This document shows, piece after piece, positions 28,991 through 32,943 of a stretch of 32,943 bases of DNA. This DNA comes from an uncultured Nitrospinaceae bacterium. GTDB lineage: Bacteria; UBA8248. The stretch covers positions 1 through 32,943 of the forward strand of contig CAXFSR010000052.1 of assembly GCA_964005815.1 (NCBI GenBank). Direction: 5' to 3'. The notes beneath the pieces were generated by a model. It worked only from the letters and a program-made list of their open reading frames with translations. It did not search any database and had not been told where the DNA came from. The position numbers and the translations under genes were made by a program. Within the stretch, counting starts at the first letter, position 1, and every line of letters begins with the position of its first letter.

Positions 28991-29019
28991 TTTATACTAT
29001 ATGATTGTTTTTTTTGCAA
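28991..29019 (-). promoter_or_regulatory. sigma70-like promoter firing into the 28.9-kb hairpin
   Basis: Minus strand TTGCAA (29019-29014)-N17-TATAAA (28996-28991). Confidence 0.5.
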
Positions 29020-29115
29020 TATTTAATTTTGGCAGGTTTTTATAATGAAATTTTATAAGTAAATGATAATCAGGTAAAAGTAGCAAATTCAAACAATTGA
29101 AAGGTACAGTTAATT

Positions 29116-30000
29116 ATGAATATTAATGTAGGGGTAGTGGGTCTAGGTAATATGGGTAGTGGAATAGCTCATAATTATATTAAAAAAGGAGTATCTCTAA
29201 AAGTTTGGGATTCAAGCAATGTGTTATGCAAGAATTATGAAAAGAAGAAAAACGTTGAGGTGATGCATCCTGCTATTATGTCGAAGTGTTGTAATGTAGT
29301 TTTCTTTGTTGTTCCTAGTTGTATTGAAATAGGTACATATTTAAATGGTAGAAATTCTATGCTGACTAATCCAAAGAAAGGTTTGGTAATCTATGATCTC
29401 ACTAGCTCAGATCCTAAAGAGTCAAGTAAATTAGCTAAAAAAGCAAAAAGAAAAAATATAGATTATTTAGATGCAGGAATGAGTGGAGGCGCAACTGGAG
29501 CGAAGGCTGGGACTTTGACGCTGATGATTGGAGGGGATGAAAAAGCTTTTAATAAAACCAAAAAGATACTTTCATTTTTTGTTGAAAATTTTTTCTATCT
29601 TGGCAAGAGCGGCTCGGGCCATACCTTGAAACTAATTCACAATATGGTTTGCCATTCAATATTTTTGTCAACTTGTGAAGGTGGAAAAATGGCAGAAAGG
29701 GCAGGAATTAACCTTAAGGATATGATTGATGTTTTTAATGTTGCGAATGCAAGAAGTTATGCTAGTCAATTTAGATTTCCTTTGCACATTTTGTCAGAAA
29801 AATGGGATGCAAAATCTAGAGTTTATAATTTGCATAAAGATGTTGGGATGGCAGTTGCGCTTGGCAAAAGTTTAAAGGCACAAGTAGATTTAGGAGAATC
29901 TACCTTGAATTTCCTCAAAAAGGCTATGAGCTTTGGAATGCAGGACACAGATTACTCACTTCTTTATAAAGATTTTGAAAAAATTCGAAAAGAAAAATAA
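29116..30000 (+). CDS. NAD(P)-dependent beta-hydroxyacid dehydrogenase (MmsB/GarR family)
   Basis: VGLGNMG, DLTSS, YLDAGMSGG..GA..GTLTLMIGG, GSGHTLKLIHN, KDVGMA. Confidence 0.9.
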   Translation: MNINVGVVGLGNMGSGIAHNYIKKGVSLKVWDSSNVLCKNYEKKKNVEVMHPAIMSKCCNVVFFVVPSCIEIGTYLNGRNSMLTNPKKGLVIYDLTSSDPKESSKLAKKAKRKNIDYLDAGMSGGATGAKAGTLTLMIGGDEKAFNKTKKILSFFVENFFYLGKSGSGHTLKLIHNMVCHSIFLSTCEGGKMAERAGINLKDMIDVFNVANARSYASQFRFPLHILSEKWDAKSRVYNLHKDVGMAVALGKSLKAQVDLGESTLNFLKKAMSFGMQDTDYSLLYKDFEKIRKEK

Positions 30001-30076
30001 AAAGGTGCGGTATTTTCCTTATGTACGAACTAATATAAATTAAGTTAGAATTAAGTCCTTTTTTTAGGAAATATAT

Positions 30077-30652
30077 ATGAAACTTGTGGTTGGAATAACT
30101 GGTGCTTCGGGATCAATATACGGAATTCGTATGATGGAAGTTCTCCATAATTCATTTTCTGAGGTAGAGACCCATCTCGTGATTTCGAAAGCTGGGCTTA
30201 GGGTTATGAAGTATGAAACAGAATTTACGGATAAAGATGTTTCTGGACATGCTTCTATTACACATCCTGATTCTGATATTGGAGCTGTGCCCGCAAGTGG
30301 AAGTTCAGGGATGGATGCTATGGTGATTATCCCTTGTTCGGTTAAAACTCTTGGTCAAATCGCGTCTGGTGCAGGAGATAACCTTGTGTGTCGTTCTGCA
30401 GATGTTTTTTTGAAAGAAAATAAAAAATTGATTTTGGTAGTTCGTGAAATGCCTTTGTCTGCAATACATCTTGAAAATATGTTGAAATTGTCAAGGCTGG
30501 GTGTAACGATAATTCCTGCTTCCCCTGGTTTTTATCATGAACCGAAAGATATAGATGATCTTGTGAATCATGTGGTTGGAAAAGCTCTAGACTCTCTAGG
30601 ATTGGAACACGATATTTTTAAAAGATGGACTGGGCAAAAAAAAGAAAAATAA
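30077..30652 (+). CDS. ubiX: flavin prenyltransferase
   Basis: VVGITGASGSIYG, ASGS, PCSVKTL, RSADVFLKE, VREMP, PASPGFYH. Confidence 0.95.
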   Translation: MKLVVGITGASGSIYGIRMMEVLHNSFSEVETHLVISKAGLRVMKYETEFTDKDVSGHASITHPDSDIGAVPASGSSGMDAMVIIPCSVKTLGQIASGAGDNLVCRSADVFLKENKKLILVVREMPLSAIHLENMLKLSRLGVTIIPASPGFYHEPKDIDDLVNHVVGKALDSLGLEHDIFKRWTGQKKEK

Positions 30653-30700
30653 TATTTCCTATTACAAGAAAAACAAATCCCCCCCCCTATAATTTAGTAG

Positions 30701-30729
30701 TTGATCTTCGGGTAAAGATTGTCTATGAT
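30701..30729 (+). promoter_or_regulatory. sigma70-like promoter for the TAXI-TRAP operon
   Basis: TTGATC (30701-30706)-N17-TATGAT (30724-30729). Confidence 0.55.
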
Positions 30730-30813
30730 TTCGCTTAATCAATAATTATGTTTTTTGCCCTGTATTTCTTTTAAGGGTGTACTACTGTTCTGAAACTCAT
30801 AGGAGGAAGTATT

Positions 30814-31809
30814 GTGAATTTAGTAAGAAAAGTTTTTTTGCTTGTTCTAGTTACAGTATTTGCTGTTAGTTTTAGCGCTTCAGGTGTTTTTGCTGCAAAG
30901 AGAGTGAAAACTGCTGTTGCAACAGCGGGACCAGGTGCTGCCGCATATGTTATTTGGGGTGGTTTGGCTGCTTTGGTTTCTAAAGAATCCAAAACAGTGG
31001 AAATGAATAACTTAACCACTAGAGGTGCTGTGGAAGATATTCGTTTAGTAGAAACTGGTAAAGCTGAATTTGGGTTGGGTGTTGCAACACTTCTTCGTTT
31101 GGCTTTTGCTGGGAAGAAAATGTTTAAGAAGAAATACACAAATAACTGTGGTCTTGGACCTGCAACTGCTTCTAAATTCCATATTGGAGTTAAGAAAAGT
31201 TCCGGTATCAAGACAGTTGCTGATTTAAAAGGAAAAAGAGTGAGTTATGCGAAAAAGGGTAGTAGTACTCACTTCATGACAAGAACTATTATTAAATTGG
31301 CAGGACTTAAAGGTAAAGTTAGAGAAGAGAATCTTAACTGGAACGTAGCAGCAGATGCTATTAAAGATAATCGTTTGGATGCATTTACAATTCCAAATCC
31401 AGTTCCTTCACCTGCATTTGTGAAATTCTCAACAGCACAACCTATTACATTACTTCCAGTAGAAGGAAATATTTTAAAGCAGATGTTGAAAATGAATCCT
31501 GCATATTTCCCAATTACTATTGAAGGTGGTGTTTACGATGGTGTAGACAAACCAGTTCCAACTATTGGTTACACAGCATGGACAATCGTAGGTTGTAATG
31601 TTCCTAATGATGTTGTTTATGAAGTAACACGTTTAAACTATTCCAAAGCAGGTATGGACTTCTTGTTGAAGGTTCATAAAGGTTGGAATACTGGATTCTC
31701 AATCATGCCTGCATTGGATCAAATGGCTGCAATCGGAATGAAGATCCATCCAGGTGCTGCTCGATATTGGAAAGAAAAAGGTCATAAAATTCCTGCATCA
31801 ATCCAATAA
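30814..31809 (+). CDS. TAXI-family TRAP solute-binding protein
   Basis: Signal peptide, ATAGPGAAAY, TRGAVEDIRLV, IKTVADLKGKRVS..GS, DVVYEVT, IHPGAARYWKEKG; GTG after AGGAGG. Confidence 0.92.
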   Translation: MNLVRKVFLLVLVTVFAVSFSASGVFAAKRVKTAVATAGPGAAAYVIWGGLAALVSKESKTVEMNNLTTRGAVEDIRLVETGKAEFGLGVATLLRLAFAGKKMFKKKYTNNCGLGPATASKFHIGVKKSSGIKTVADLKGKRVSYAKKGSSTHFMTRTIIKLAGLKGKVREENLNWNVAADAIKDNRLDAFTIPNPVPSPAFVKFSTAQPITLLPVEGNILKQMLKMNPAYFPITIEGGVYDGVDKPVPTIGYTAWTIVGCNVPNDVVYEVTRLNYSKAGMDFLLKVHKGWNTGFSIMPALDQMAAIGMKIHPGAARYWKEKGHKIPASIQ

Positions 31810-31819
31810 GTATTTTTTA

Positions 31820-31858
31820 AATTCCTCCCAGGTTCAACCTGGGAGGAATTATTTTTTT
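31820..31858 (+). terminator. intercistronic hairpin / terminator after the TAXI SBP gene
   Basis: AATTCCTCCCAGGTT-C-AACCTGGGAGGAATT followed by A and T7. Confidence 0.8.
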
Positions 31859-31921
31859 ATCCCTAATTTGAGAAATTGATTACTTCCGCCAAGTTTTTCA
31901 ATCTCTTTGTGAGAAAGTCAA

Positions 31922-32943
31922 ATGTCACAGGTCAGTGCTTTTTTTGAAAAAGTAAGGGGTGTTTTGGGCGCTGGTTTACCTGACACTAGAAATCTATCCG
32001 GTGCATATCTTTGGTTATTTAGAGTCCTTGGTTTTATTTTTGCGGTTTATTTTTTGTTTGGTGCCGTAAATGGAAGTTATACATTCTTTGGGCCTAGATC
32101 ATGGACCGGACTACAGGATTTAAGAACACTGGAATTTCCATATTTAATTGAAGTGGGAATTTATGAATTTAGCAAGAACTTATACGGCGAACAGTTTATG
32201 CTTCCTCTCTTTATTTTTTTCACTTGTGCTTTGACTTATTTAATTTATCCAGCAAGAAAAAATTCTCCTAAAGATCGACCTTCTTCGATTGACCTTGTTC
32301 TGATTATTTTGTCTTTTCTTGTTTTGTGTGATTTTATGTATTTTTATGAACCAAGAGGAGATAGAGCGGGAATTGTAGTGGATACGGGATTTTGGGGTAA
32401 TGATGTTATGTTTGGATTTATTGCCGCTGTTCTTGTATGGGAGTGTTGTAGACGTGTACTCGGAATGGTTCTTCCTGCAGTAGCATTTGTCTTTTTATTT
32501 TATGATTGGGCTGGGAACTGGTTCCCAGGAATTATTGCTCATAAAGGAAATGATTTCGGATATGTAATGAGTTATTTGTATAGTCAGGAGGGTATCTATG
32601 GAATCATTACCAGGGTGTATGCACAAGTAGTATTTATCTTCATGATTTTTGGAGCTCTCTTAGAGGCTACTCGTGTTGGAGATGTTTTTGTAAATCTTTC
32701 TTTTGCTTTAGTGGGACGTTTTAAAGGTGGTGCTGCAAAAGCTTCTGTTGTTTCCAGCGGTCTTGTTGGTTCAATAGTAGGAAGTGGTGCGGCGAATATA
32801 GTTATTACTGGAACCTTTACCATTCCCCTAATGAAAAAAGGTGGATTTAGACCAACATTTGCAGCTGCAACCGAAGCGGTATCAAGTATTGGTGGACATT
32901 TAATGCCACCAATTATGGCATCAACAGCTTTTATCTTAGCTGC
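31922..32943 (+). CDS. TRAP transporter fused permease (4TM/12TM), 3' end outside the window
   Basis: Absent from the ORF track because it has no stop. From ATG 31922: ECCRRVLG, EGIYG, VFIFMIFGALLE, GGAAKASVVSSGLVGSIVGSGAANI..TGTFTIPLMKKGG, EAVSSIGGHLMPPIM. Confidence 0.92.
   Translation, partial: MSQVSAFFEKVRGVLGAGLPDTRNLSGAYLWLFRVLGFIFAVYFLFGAVNGSYTFFGPRSWTGLQDLRTLEFPYLIEVGIYEFSKNLYGEQFMLPLFIFFTCALTYLIYPARKNSPKDRPSSIDLVLIILSFLVLCDFMYFYEPRGDRAGIVVDTGFWGNDVMFGFIAAVLVWECCRRVLGMVLPAVAFVFLFYDWAGNWFPGIIAHKGNDFGYVMSYLYSQEGIYGIITRVYAQVVFIFMIFGALLEATRVGDVFVNLSFALVGRFKGGAAKASVVSSGLVGSIVGSGAANIVITGTFTIPLMKKGGFRPTFAAATEAVSSIGGHLMPPIMASTAFILA

Noticed and set aside
29029..29046. TTGGCA as a sigma54 promoter for the dehydrogenase gene
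   Set aside because: No GC at the -12 position (sequence is TTGGCAGGTTTTTATAAT).

Overview
AT-rich bacterial chromosomal window, densely coding, with no transposase, integrase, phage gene, CRISPR array or rRNA visible. Left part is housekeeping: tRNA-Gln(CTG), gltX, CMD-family protein, ATG22-type MFS, D-2-hydroxyacid dehydrogenase, ftsK, trxA, EamA, an unknown lipoprotein, a YfcE-type phosphoesterase and a PxxKW-type Cys-rich protein. A contiguous glnB-glnD-glnA nitrogen cluster follows. The right part is a redox and catabolic block: lutA, a lutB-lutC fusion, two acyl-CoA dehydrogenases (one lacking the usual catalytic Glu), a [2Fe-2S] ferredoxin, aldehyde:ferredoxin oxidoreductase, PIG-L deacetylase, MBL hydrolase, flavin reductase, cupin, SDR, ABM, EamA, NhaP, a beta-hydroxyacid dehydrogenase, ubiX and a TAXI-TRAP transporter cut by the window edge. 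The best unexplained signals are: a GC-rich, G.U-stabilised minus-strand hairpin with its own sigma70-like promoter at about 28.9 kb (candidate new ncRNA); the atypical ACAD downstream of the fused LutBC; a C9 tract abutting a perfect TATAAT upstream of the TAXI gene; and two genes whose conserved N-termini have no ATG/GTG/TTG start. All family calls come from motif recognition by eye; no database searches were run.
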